Assembly: GCA_943350635.1 (NCBI GenBank)
Contig: CALRAI010000002.1
Coordinates: 1 to 61,444 of the forward strand
Reading direction: 5' to 3'
Length of the DNA stretch: 61,444 nucleotides
DNA from: Candidatus Uhrbacteria bacterium
Lineage (GTDB): Bacteria > Patescibacteriota > Patescibacteriia > UBA9934
The position numbers and the translations under genes are program-made. The notes under the pieces are model-generated. The model was given only the letters and a program-made list of their open reading frames with translations, was not told where the DNA came from and made no database searches. Each line of letters begins with the position of its first letter. The stretch's first letter is position 1. Below are positions 44,435-53,814 of this stretch, in pieces.

Positions 44435-44462
44435 GTCATCCCCGCGCAGGCGGGGATCCAGT
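44435..44462 (+). repeat. 28-nt REP-like palindromic element (intergenic copy)
   Basis: GTCATCCCCGCGCAGGCGGGGATCCAGT, which forms an 8-bp stem ATCCCCGC/GCGGGGAT with a GCAG loop. It is identical to 49956-49983. Confidence 0.7.
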
Positions 44463-44464
44463 AT

Positions 44465-45943
44465 CTACCGTTTCACTTTTCCCCACAGCGTACTCAAAAT
44501 ACCGTGATTCACACCGTGCAGCGCTGCTTTAATCTTGCTGCGAGCGTGGCGTGTTTTCACAAACTTCAACCAATCCTTGTTTGGTGCTTTGCGATTTTTA
44601 TCGATAATCAACTCACACATATCGCCGCTCTTCAACGCCCGGTCGAGTGCCGCAATTTCACCATTCACCTTTGCTTGCGCCACCTTGTTGCCAATTTCCG
44701 TGTGAATCGCATACGCCATGTCGATCGGTGTGGAATCTTCAGGAAGATCAATCACGTCGCCTTTTGGCGTGAACACAAAAATTCTGTCCCGGAACATGTC
44801 GAGTTTCAGCTCGTTCAAATGCGCCATGAAGTCGTTTGCACTCAACTCCTTCTGAATACGGGACAATTCCTCCATCCATTCCACATTGCGCTCCTCCCGT
44901 GTTGCGCCTTGTTTGTATCGCCAGTGCGCCGCCACACCATACTCACTTTCCTCATGCATGGCTTGCGTACGAATCTGAAACTCTAAGATGGATCCACTTT
45001 CGTCGAACACTGTGGTGTGGAGCGACTGATACCCGTTCGGTTTTGGTTGCGCGATGTAGTCTTTAATACGGCCTGGGAGTGGTGTGTACAAACCGTGCAA
45101 AATACCAAGCACAGCATAACAATCCGTAATATCTTTCACGACGACGCGCATAGCCACGATGTCGTACACCTTACTCATGTCGTTTTTGTACTTGAGCAAT
45201 TTTCGATACAAACTGTAGCAATGCTTTACTCGGCCGTGGATATCCACATATCCAACAGCATGGCGATGCAGCTCGTTGCTCACATGCTTCATGGAGCGGT
45301 CGAGTGACGGTCCAAATTTTTTCACGCGTTCCTCGAGCAGATGCTTCGTCCAGCTGTATTCCTTTGGTTCGATGTACTTAAACGAGTAATCCTCAAACAA
45401 TCCGCGGTATTCACCCATGCCAAGCCGGTTAGCGATTGGTGCGTAAATTTCCAGAACTTCCTTGGCGATTCTCAGGCGCTTGTGCTCAGGAAGCGCATAC
45501 AGCGTTTCCATGTTGTGCATTCTGTCGGCAAACTTAATAAACACCACGCGGACATCTTCCGCCATGGCCACGAACATTTTTCGTAAGTTTTCGATATATC
45601 GTTCCTCGCCGCGATATTTCACGTGGCCGAGCTTCGTGATGGCTCCAACCATACTCGAAACATCGGCACCAAAGTCTTTTGCAATATCCTCAAGCGTAAA
45701 CGCTGTATCTTCCGGAACATCGTGTAAAAGCCCAGCAGCAATCACATTGCATGGGAGCTTCAGATCGGCGAGTTTTAATCCTACAGAAAAACAGTGGATA
45801 AAATACGGTTCTCCAGTAGCCCGCTGTTGGCCTTCGTGGGCAATTTTCGCAAATTCGTACGCCTTTTTCAGGAAAACAAAATCCTCCGGCGTGTAGTGTG
45901 AATCTAATCGGCGCTCAAGATCGGAAAAATTCGTAGAGTCCAT
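44465..45943 (-). CDS. RelA/SpoT-homolog (p)ppGpp synthetase/hydrolase with a TGS domain
   Basis: HD domain (LLHDVPEDT), synthetase domain (YQSLHTTV...EFQIRT) and TGS domain (VFTPKGDVIDLP). The start was placed at MDSTNFSD. Confidence 0.9.
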   Translation of the reverse strand: MDSTNFSDLERRLDSHYTPEDFVFLKKAYEFAKIAHEGQQRATGEPYFIHCFSVGLKLADLKLPCNVIAAGLLHDVPEDTAFTLEDIAKDFGADVSSMVGAITKLGHVKYRGEERYIENLRKMFVAMAEDVRVVFIKFADRMHNMETLYALPEHKRLRIAKEVLEIYAPIANRLGMGEYRGLFEDYSFKYIEPKEYSWTKHLLEERVKKFGPSLDRSMKHVSNELHRHAVGYVDIHGRVKHCYSLYRKLLKYKNDMSKVYDIVAMRVVVKDITDCYAVLGILHGLYTPLPGRIKDYIAQPKPNGYQSLHTTVFDESGSILEFQIRTQAMHEESEYGVAAHWRYKQGATREERNVEWMEELSRIQKELSANDFMAHLNELKLDMFRDRIFVFTPKGDVIDLPEDSTPIDMAYAIHTEIGNKVAQAKVNGEIAALDRALKSGDMCELIIDKNRKAPNKDWLKFVKTRHARSKIKAALHGVNHGILSTLWGKVKR

Positions 45944-46008
45944 ACCATATGAGTATATCGAGTTATTCAAAATCGGAACACCCGTGAAGAGTTTGTTATA
46001 CTGTGCGC

Positions 46009-46365
46009 ATGTTATCCCCACAAACCCCGAAAGTTTCAGAATCTGCGCTGCTTGCAGAGGCAAAGGCGCTAGCAATACAGCTTGCGCAGGCATTGGCCGC
46101 AAGCAACATGCCAGAGGACGAGAAAGAGGCATGGGCAGTATTGCTGCCAGAATTGCGATTGGATCAACTCTCCCGTCTTGCGGTAGTGCTCGATGCTTCC
46201 GTAGAAAAAGCCGTGAAAGCCGACGTTGCCGATATTGTGGAGAAGCTTCGTCCAATCCTAGAGAAATTCGCCGCATCGCAGGCGCAACTCGATAGTGAAT
46301 TCATGTCCAACATCAGTAGCATTGTTCAAGATGTGCGCAAAGCGGAAGCCTCGGCAAAAACCTAA
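46009..46365 (+). CDS. hypothetical small helical protein
   Basis: Ala/Glu/Leu-rich with no motif. It lies immediately upstream of the 1559-aa gene. Confidence 0.4.
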   Translation: MLSPQTPKVSESALLAEAKALAIQLAQALAASNMPEDEKEAWAVLLPELRLDQLSRLAVVLDASVEKAVKADVADIVEKLRPILEKFAASQAQLDSEFMSNISSIVQDVRKAEASAKT

Positions 46366-46373
46366 ATTGATGT

Positions 46374-49300
46374 ATGGCGAAGAATAATAAGCAACAACCT
46401 GGCGGAAGTAGGAATATTCCTGCCGCAGAACCACCAGATCTAGAGCAGATTGGTCGTTTTAAGGAATTCATGAATCTGTGTGGAAAACTCCGAGGAATTA
46501 TTGTGCGCGCTGCCGACGTGGATGCTGGAGAAGCTCGAGAGAAGGTGCTCGCAGAGGCCGATGCCGTTCTTGTGGAGGCGCGAACACTCGGGCCCCAAAT
46601 ATATGCAAAAACTGCAGGCGATATTGATATTAAAAAGCTTCTGAAGCGCGATTTGCCAAAGGAAATTGGAGAAGCAAGAACAAAGAATACGAACGATGTA
46701 GAAAGCGCAGCGCGAGCAGCAAAAATAAAGGCCGATGCCGCAGCAGCAGAGGCTCAACTTGAAGCCGAGCTCGAAATGGAACAACGATTTGCGGACGGCA
46801 CAGAAACGGATGACGATATTCGCTTCATGAATGCAAAGCGAGAAAAAGAAATTCGAGAAAAACTTGAGGAACAAAAGGGGGAAGCGCGCAAAGAAATGCG
46901 AAAAACTGAGCCAGTGCTTGATGCTGCTACAAAGCAAATCGTAGATGGATTTCTTGACGATGCGGTGTTGAATATTGAGTGGCTTGAAAGCACTCTCATT
47001 GCGCTTCATGCGCAGCTCGTTGAAAACGAAGCGGTGTTGACTGCGAAACATATCAATCCAGAGAGCGATCCATTCATTCAGTTTTTCAAAGGGCACATTC
47101 ATCAACTTAAAAGCAGAATCGATAAGCTTCGTCTAGGCGTTGCGGCGAAACAGCAGGAATTAGAACAACAAAAAGCGGCCAAAGACGCAGAGGCTGCACA
47201 ACAGCAACAAGCAGAGCCAAAAGGGGGAAAGGCAAAGAATTCGGTTCAAGACAGAAAGGCGGACGAGCCAGAGTCGTTGGAGGAACTAGGATTGCGATTT
47301 GAAAACACTATCGCTGCGCTGAGTGATCGCGTTCCTGAAGTGTGTAGTATGCCAATTGGCACGCAGAAAGAGCTAGATGCTGCGAGCGAGGCGCTGGCGG
47401 TGTTGAAGAGAGAGGCTTCTGATTGTGTCGCGGAGTATAAGGCAAAGATCGGTGAGCCAATTATTCGGCCATTATTTCGAGATTTTAAGAACCCTACAGA
47501 TCGGGATGAATCGGGAAGGGCATTTACGAAACTTGATAATGAACGAGCGGCGTTCCAAAGCGGATTTTTGGGGCATAGAGACAAGAACGTTCTTGGAAGG
47601 TATCAAGAACGAACGCAGGAGCTCTCTGCTCGTCGTCGCAAGCTGAACGATGTGAGGCGCGCCGAAGAAGCAGCGCAGCAAGCTGCTGATACTGCGGCAC
47701 AAGAATCAAGAAGAACAGAACTCGAAGCAAAATGGGAAGCGGAGTTTCCAGCATTTGAATTACGCGTTGCGAAAATAAGCAACGCATATTTCGATGTGTT
47801 GAGAATTTCAGGGAAAGATGGAACGACGAAAAGAAAAGATGCGCTGGAGGCGGTGAAGAAGATGCTGGAAGATGCTCGAGAGCCGTGGCTTGCCATGAGG
47901 GACGGTGCGCCAAGGCCGCGCTCAAAGGAAGAGGAAGGATTGGAGAAGAATAATCTTGTTTTCAACACACGACGCAAGCTCGAATTCATGTCGAGCGAAG
48001 TTGAGAAAGAAATCAATATCGTGAAAACTCGAGGAGGATTATCGTCGGACAAGCTGATCAACGATTGGATCGGATCTACGGTGCTTGTGAGTCAGTTATG
48101 GAATCCCGATTCGTCGATTGAGGATCGAGGTGCATTCTTAGTGGAGTATCTGAAAGACAATATTCTTGAAGGTACCTCAGAATTTGAGCGGATGATTCCT
48201 GAATCAGCACGAGCAAATTTTTCAAAAGTATTAAGGAACTCCGGAGTGATTCGAGATATTCAAGAAAATGTTCGAGCAGATAGGCGTTTTGCACAACAAG
48301 AGGAAGAGCGTCTCCGGGCAGAGCTTTCGTGTTCGTTGCTCGATCTTTTGCGAGGAAGAATCGACCAGGAATTCGATGCGGCGCGCGAGAGACTTCGAGC
48401 TGCATCATTCTGGAAGCAAAAAGTGAGTGAGAAAAATAGCGATCGATTGTTGCGATTTGGCGCAGAAATGCCAGACGAAGAGCTAGCAAAGTTCGTCACC
48501 GATATTCCCGCATTCCGTGCGGCGGTTGCGCCGTTTGCTCTTGCGCGAGCAGCGGCACGAAAATGTGAGGACGACATGCTGATGGTGAAAGAAGCTGAGG
48601 GAAATCTTGACGTTGATGCAATACGAGCGATGCTTGGGGAATGGAAGGAGAAGGACGATCGACGAAATGAGTTGCAAAGAGAGGCGCTGTTCTCGGAAGG
48701 CTGGGGGGATATACCAAAGAAGAAACGTCGGGGAATGATACGGGGATTCTTTGAGGGGAATACACGAATTCTGAAAAAGGTTGCGGATCCAGCATTTTCG
48801 GCAGTGGTTGCGTGGGCAAACGCACAGCAACTTGCCTTTGTGACGCGAGATTTTGTGCGTGTGGTTCTTGAAAAAAATCCCGATGCTGCCGCTGTACTTT
48901 CAGACGAATTGCCAAAAGGATTTTTGAAGAGTTCGGAGTCGGATGCTGCGGATCAAGGGGATTCTGAGCCGGTAGCTGATACGTCGGTTGGTGGTGATGC
49001 CGGCGGTGATGCTGGTGTTTCTGACCCCGATGCTGATCCAGACGCTGAAGAAGCAGCAAGAGTTGCAGGACTTGCAGCTTTAGCTGCGCGGAGAGGCAAG
49101 GCAGCTGCAGCGCCAGTTGCGGATCCGGTTGTGGTAGCGGTTTTGGATCCGGCTATTGAGGCGGCGCGTATTGCAGCAGAAGCAGAACAGCGAAAAGAAA
49201 TCATTCGAACCGCAAGAAAAGAGACAATACGGGATCATAAAGATCTTATTAAGACAAGATTGTTTAGCGACCTCTTTTTCCAGGATCCTAAGGGAAGCAC

Positions 49301-51053
49301 TCGGGGAACAATCGGAAGTATTTTGAGCGCATTGTTGCTTCGTATTCAAAAGAAAGGAGAAATGGCGCGCTTGGGAAATAGCGATTCGTATCTTCATCAG
49401 GATCGGATCGACGACTTCAATTACGTTATTGATTTCGTGGATCTTCACGACTTCGAGCGCAGATTGGCGAGTGTGGTCGCAAAGTATCCAGTAATGATTC
49501 CAGCGCCAGTGATGAATATTCCGCCAGCGCCAGTCGTCGCGCCTCCTGCGGCACCACATGTTTCCATTCATCATCCACCACTCAATTTGCCGCCGTTGCC
49601 ACCAGCGCCTCCGGTTGCTCCTCCTGCGCCGCGTGTTTTGCCGCCAGCACCTCCTGTTCGTCCGGTTACTGCACGTCCCGTCGTTGCTCGTCCACCGGCA
49701 CCTGTGATTGAGTCTGTCCCTGTCGCTGCTCCATCGGCTCCACGCGTTGAAGTTACGCCTGTTCAGCCGGTTGCCGCAGTATCGGAGCCGATAATCTCTT
49801 CAAATCCTGGAGAACAACCTCGTCCAGAATCGGCTCCAGTTGTTCCACCATCACAAGAGTTCGTTTCGCTTGGTGCAGATCCATTTGAGCGATTCTTCGG
49901 TCCGTCGCGAGCATCTACGTCACGAACGGAAATCGTGCCAGCTCCTCGATCATCAGTCATCCCCGCGCAGGCGGGGATCCAGTCTCGACAGGAATCAACA
50001 CGTCGAGTATCGGTGATTGAAAATACACCAGTCCCACAAAATCCTGCCGAGCTTCGCGTATCCGGATGGGCAAAGTCGATCCGCAATTTCTTTGGTGGAG
50101 GAGAGGCCGCAGACATCGCGGTTCGCGAAGCAACGGGAATGCCGTCGGATCGCACGCGTGCCGGCGAAGCACCATCAAATACAGAGGTGGCGTATCGCAC
50201 CCTGGGAAGTGTGTTGAGTGTGGTGGGAAGCGTGTTTGGATTCAAGGCATTCGGCGATGTTCCACGGTATTTGTCCCAATCCTTCTGCACTACAAACGAG
50301 CGTGCATTGTTGGAAGCGGATATTTTGAACGCGATGGAAACAAATTTCAGCGCAAAACAACGTGCTGGCAACGATCCTGAAGCAAGCTTGCGCGCAAATA
50401 GAGAGGCGGCTCAGCGAACGGATAGGGCAATCGCAACATCGGCATATTTAACCGATGCACAAAAGGTAGAAATGCGCGCGCGCGTTGCGGATTTGGAAAC
50501 ACGATACAGCGAGCGGACACGAGAAAACGTTGCAAAGCACAGCACGGAGCTTGCGAACGTGCTTGAAAATGCGGTGCAAAACCGTGTAACCGGTTGGGGT
50601 GCCGCAAAAGAAACAGCAAACTCCGCATTGCGCGCTATGGCATTTGTGGATGTACCGGTTGGCGCAGTTCGCGGTGTTACATACGGCGTTATGGCATTCC
50701 GTGAACGATTCGAGACTGCGGCAACAAGGAATCCTGATGCATCGTTTGTGGCAAAAACAGCAAGCGTATTCCGCGATACGTGGAACGAAACATGGGGAAA
50801 GCTCACGAAACAAACAAATAATTTCCGTGAACGGGTTACCAATGTTGGGGACGCTATGGCCACGATTGCTACTGCGGTTGGTATGGCGAGTGTTACAGTG
50901 GGCGCGTTGGAAGAGGCGCTTCCAGGATTGCGCTTGGCAAGTGCCGATGTGTCGAGCGGCATCGCGAATCTCATCGCGGAAGGTCGTCAGCGATTGCAGG
51001 AAATGGTGGACAAAGTACTTCCTACATACGAGCGCCTAGCAAAGCGAGCGTAG
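46374..51053 (+). CDS. 1559-aa coiled-coil / proline-rich protein with C-terminal hydrophobic segments (function unknown)
   Basis: Uninterrupted 4.7-kb ORF. It has about 1000 aa of E/K/A/R-rich sequence, then about 110 aa of a PPAP-type tract, then a C-terminal region with 3 hydrophobic stretches. Confidence 0.75.
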   Translation: MAKNNKQQPGGSRNIPAAEPPDLEQIGRFKEFMNLCGKLRGIIVRAADVDAGEAREKVLAEADAVLVEARTLGPQIYAKTAGDIDIKKLLKRDLPKEIGEARTKNTNDVESAARAAKIKADAAAAEAQLEAELEMEQRFADGTETDDDIRFMNAKREKEIREKLEEQKGEARKEMRKTEPVLDAATKQIVDGFLDDAVLNIEWLESTLIALHAQLVENEAVLTAKHINPESDPFIQFFKGHIHQLKSRIDKLRLGVAAKQQELEQQKAAKDAEAAQQQQAEPKGGKAKNSVQDRKADEPESLEELGLRFENTIAALSDRVPEVCSMPIGTQKELDAASEALAVLKREASDCVAEYKAKIGEPIIRPLFRDFKNPTDRDESGRAFTKLDNERAAFQSGFLGHRDKNVLGRYQERTQELSARRRKLNDVRRAEEAAQQAADTAAQESRRTELEAKWEAEFPAFELRVAKISNAYFDVLRISGKDGTTKRKDALEAVKKMLEDAREPWLAMRDGAPRPRSKEEEGLEKNNLVFNTRRKLEFMSSEVEKEINIVKTRGGLSSDKLINDWIGSTVLVSQLWNPDSSIEDRGAFLVEYLKDNILEGTSEFERMIPESARANFSKVLRNSGVIRDIQENVRADRRFAQQEEERLRAELSCSLLDLLRGRIDQEFDAARERLRAASFWKQKVSEKNSDRLLRFGAEMPDEELAKFVTDIPAFRAAVAPFALARAAARKCEDDMLMVKEAEGNLDVDAIRAMLGEWKEKDDRRNELQREALFSEGWGDIPKKKRRGMIRGFFEGNTRILKKVADPAFSAVVAWANAQQLAFVTRDFVRVVLEKNPDAAAVLSDELPKGFLKSSESDAADQGDSEPVADTSVGGDAGGDAGVSDPDADPDAEEAARVAGLAALAARRGKAAAAPVADPVVVAVLDPAIEAARIAAEAEQRKEIIRTARKETIRDHKDLIKTRLFSDLFFQDPKGSTRGTIGSILSALLLRIQKKGEMARLGNSDSYLHQDRIDDFNYVIDFVDLHDFERRLASVVAKYPVMIPAPVMNIPPAPVVAPPAAPHVSIHHPPLNLPPLPPAPPVAPPAPRVLPPAPPVRPVTARPVVARPPAPVIESVPVAAPSAPRVEVTPVQPVAAVSEPIISSNPGEQPRPESAPVVPPSQEFVSLGADPFERFFGPSRASTSRTEIVPAPRSSVIPAQAGIQSRQESTRRVSVIENTPVPQNPAELRVSGWAKSIRNFFGGGEAADIAVREATGMPSDRTRAGEAPSNTEVAYRTLGSVLSVVGSVFGFKAFGDVPRYLSQSFCTTNERALLEADILNAMETNFSAKQRAGNDPEASLRANREAAQRTDRAIATSAYLTDAQKVEMRARVADLETRYSERTRENVAKHSTELANVLENAVQNRVTGWGAAKETANSALRAMAFVDVPVGAVRGVTYGVMAFRERFETAATRNPDASFVAKTASVFRDTWNETWGKLTKQTNNFRERVTNVGDAMATIATAVGMASVTVGALEEALPGLRLASADVSSGIANLIAEGRQRLQEMVDKVLPTYERLAKRA
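49956..49983 (+). repeat. 28-nt REP-like palindromic element embedded in frame in the 1559-aa CDS
   Basis: It is identical to 44435-44462 and is translated as VIPAQAGIQ within the ORF. Confidence 0.7.
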
Positions 51054-51063
51054 AGACGGAAGA

Positions 51064-51100
51064 AAAAAACGAACGACGATATTACTCGTCGTTCGTTTTT
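51064..51100. terminator. bidirectional hairpin between convergent genes, overlapping the last topA codons
   Basis: AAAAACGAACGACGA-TATTAC-TCGTCGTTCGTTTTT. Confidence 0.6.
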
Positions 51101-53364
51101 ACTTTGCGCTTCCAGCGGCTTTTTGGTGCCTTGCGTTTTTTTACCAGGAGATCGATCGCCGATGCAAGCGTTACCGATAGCGGATCGATACCTTTCGGAA
51201 TAGTGGCATTCGTGGTGCCGTCGGTAACGTACGCACCGTATCGTCCATCCTTAATAACGATATTCGCTTTGGTTTCGGGTTCAATGCCGAGCTCCGCAAG
51301 TGGCGTCATGGCTTTAATCTTCTTTGCGACTCCTTCGGTGCAAAGCGCGATAGCCTGATCGAGGGTTACGGTCGCTGGATGGTGCTCTGGCGGCAATGTG
51401 ATATTCACGGCGCCGCATTTGAGATACGGACCAAAGCGTCCAACGTTCGCAATAATCTCTTCGCCATTGGTGTGTTTTCCGAGCGTTCGAGGAAGCGAAA
51501 GAAGCTTGAGTGCTTGTTCGAGCGTAAGCGTATCGATCGTCTGGTTCTTCTCAAGACTTGCGCGCTTAGGCTTTTCTGCCTTTTTGTCGGGGGACAACTC
51601 ACCGACCTGAACAAAGGGACCGAATCGACCAGTACGTGCCACAATCATTTTTCCGCTTTCAGGATCGATTCCGATTTCGGTTACTTTCATGATCGAATCT
51701 CGTTCAAGCTCTTTGCCCTTCGTCGCAATCGCCTCATGAAACGGGCCGTAGAATCCCGCAAGCACGAGCTGCCAATTTTCTTCACCTTCCGCAATCTGGT
51801 CGAGCTTGGTTTCCATGGTTGCCGTAAAATCGTAATCAACAATCTGTGGAAAATGTTCTTTCAAAAGATCGATCACCACAAAAGCAATGTCGGACGGATA
51901 CAGGCGTTTGCCGTCGTCCCGCAACACATAGCCACGTGCTTCAATGGTGTTGAGTGTGGGAGCGTACGTAGAAGGGCGACCGATACCGTATTCTTCCATG
52001 ATTTTAATCAACGACGCGTCGGAATAGCGTGCTGGCGGTTCGGTGAAATGCTGTTCGGGCGTAACGCTAATAGCCTTGCCGATATTTTCACCTTCAGTTA
52101 GCGCTGGAAGAATTTTATCCTCCGACGCCTGCCACACCTTCATGAAGCCTTCAAACACGACGATGCTGCCGTTGCCGCGGAATGTATGTGCGTTTGCCGT
52201 AAAGTCGATTGCGGTGCGTTCAAGTTTTGCGCTTGGCAATTGGGAAGCAATCGTGCGGCGCCATAAAAGATCATAAAGTTTCCACATCCCAGGATCCAGT
52301 TCGGCACGAAGCGTTTCTGGCGTGGCGTTCACGTCCGTTGGACGAATGGCTTCGTGTGCTTCCTGCGCACCTTTCTTGTTGGTTTTGTAATGAATGCCGC
52401 CGGTGGTGTACTCCTTGCCCCACTGTGCGGTAATAAATGTTTGTGCTGCAGCAATAAACTGCTCACTCAAATTGGTAGAATCGGTTCGCATGTAGGTAAT
52501 CTTTCCTGTTTCGTACAGCTTTTGCGCCAACGTCATCGTCTGTTTTGCACTCATGCCAAGGCGATTGTATGCCTCCTGTTGCATCGTTGAGGTGGTGAGC
52601 GGCGTTGGTGACTTTCGGCTCGCAGCCTTTTTCTCGATGCTTTTGACGACGAAATCAGCATCACGCACTGCAGCAACAACAGCATCAGATTCCTGCTGGG
52701 TTTTGATATCAAGTTTATCGATCTTCCGGTCGCCGATCGCAATAAGCTTGGTGGGGAATTCGGAATTCGCCTTCGAGAGTATCGCCTCGACCGACCAGTA
52801 TTCATCGGTTTTGAATGCCTGACGTTCGCGTTCGCGTTCAACGACGAGTCGAACAGCCACCGATTGCACTCGGCCAGCAGAAAGTCCACGCTGCACCTTT
52901 GCCCACAATAGTGGAGAGAGTTCATAACCCACTAATCGATCCAGGATACGGCGCGTCTGCTGTGCATCCACCATGCGCATGTCGATATGTCGGGTGTTTT
53001 CCAATGCTGCAGCAATGGCGGTTTTGGTAATTTCATGAAACGTAATACGCTTTGCCGTTTTCGGGTCGAGCTTCAAAACTTCAGCAATATGCCACGCAAT
53101 CGCTTCTCCTTCTCGGTCCTCGTCCGTTGCGAGATAAATGTCGGTTGCGCCTTTTGCTGCGTCCTTTAATGCCTTCACCTTATCCTTCTTGTCGTCGGGA
53201 ATCTCGTACGTAGGGTGAAAACCATGATGAACGTCTACCGCGGTGCTTTTCTTAGGAAGGTCGCGAATATGGCCAAAAGAAGAGATGACTTTGTACTCTT
53301 TTCCAAGGAATTTGGTGATGGTTTTGGCTTTGGTGGGGGACTCAACAATGAGGAGTTTAGACAT
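51082..53364 (-). CDS. topA: DNA topoisomerase I
   Basis: TOPRIM N-terminus (LLIVESPTKAKTI), the active-site Tyr region (ITYMRTDST) and C-terminal repeat domains. Confidence 0.95.
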   Translation of the reverse strand: MSKLLIVESPTKAKTITKFLGKEYKVISSFGHIRDLPKKSTAVDVHHGFHPTYEIPDDKKDKVKALKDAAKGATDIYLATDEDREGEAIAWHIAEVLKLDPKTAKRITFHEITKTAIAAALENTRHIDMRMVDAQQTRRILDRLVGYELSPLLWAKVQRGLSAGRVQSVAVRLVVERERERQAFKTDEYWSVEAILSKANSEFPTKLIAIGDRKIDKLDIKTQQESDAVVAAVRDADFVVKSIEKKAASRKSPTPLTTSTMQQEAYNRLGMSAKQTMTLAQKLYETGKITYMRTDSTNLSEQFIAAAQTFITAQWGKEYTTGGIHYKTNKKGAQEAHEAIRPTDVNATPETLRAELDPGMWKLYDLLWRRTIASQLPSAKLERTAIDFTANAHTFRGNGSIVVFEGFMKVWQASEDKILPALTEGENIGKAISVTPEQHFTEPPARYSDASLIKIMEEYGIGRPSTYAPTLNTIEARGYVLRDDGKRLYPSDIAFVVIDLLKEHFPQIVDYDFTATMETKLDQIAEGEENWQLVLAGFYGPFHEAIATKGKELERDSIMKVTEIGIDPESGKMIVARTGRFGPFVQVGELSPDKKAEKPKRASLEKNQTIDTLTLEQALKLLSLPRTLGKHTNGEEIIANVGRFGPYLKCGAVNITLPPEHHPATVTLDQAIALCTEGVAKKIKAMTPLAELGIEPETKANIVIKDGRYGAYVTDGTTNATIPKGIDPLSVTLASAIDLLVKKRKAPKSRWKRKVKTNDE

Positions 53365-53443
53365 AATGGGGGAGGGAATGGGGACGACGATAGCATGATA
53401 CCAGTATGAGGGGAATTCTTTGATTGATTAGGAGGGAAGAACA

Positions 53444-53801
53444 GTGATTCTTGGATTTGGTTGGGAGGACGGGACGGAGGTGACGATTGTTGTGTTGAGA
53501 GTGGGGGTATGCGTTTTCAAAACAGGGGTTCTGCTAATGCAACCGAGTTGCATGTAGGAACCAGGAATAGGTTTTGTCATCGACCGTAGCTGTCGATAAT
53601 CCCTTCTACAGATCGGCGTTTGTGTTCTGCGATATTCACGATCGACTATTGCGAATTTCACGATCGCGCAGCCTTCCAGGTGCCATGTTTTTAGACCCCA
53701 ATTTCGGTAGGAGCTCCTTGAAATCGCGATAATCGACGGTCGCAACAAATTCCAAAGAACGTACAAATAACGCTCCGCCTCTCAACCCCATCCAAAGAAT
53801 C
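53444..53801 (-). repeat. copy B of the ~360-385-nt noncoding element (copy A at 16706..17090)
   Basis: Its reverse complement aligns with copy A. The element fills most of the dprA-topA spacer. Confidence 0.75.
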
Positions 53802-53814
53802 TTCTCACTTCAGA

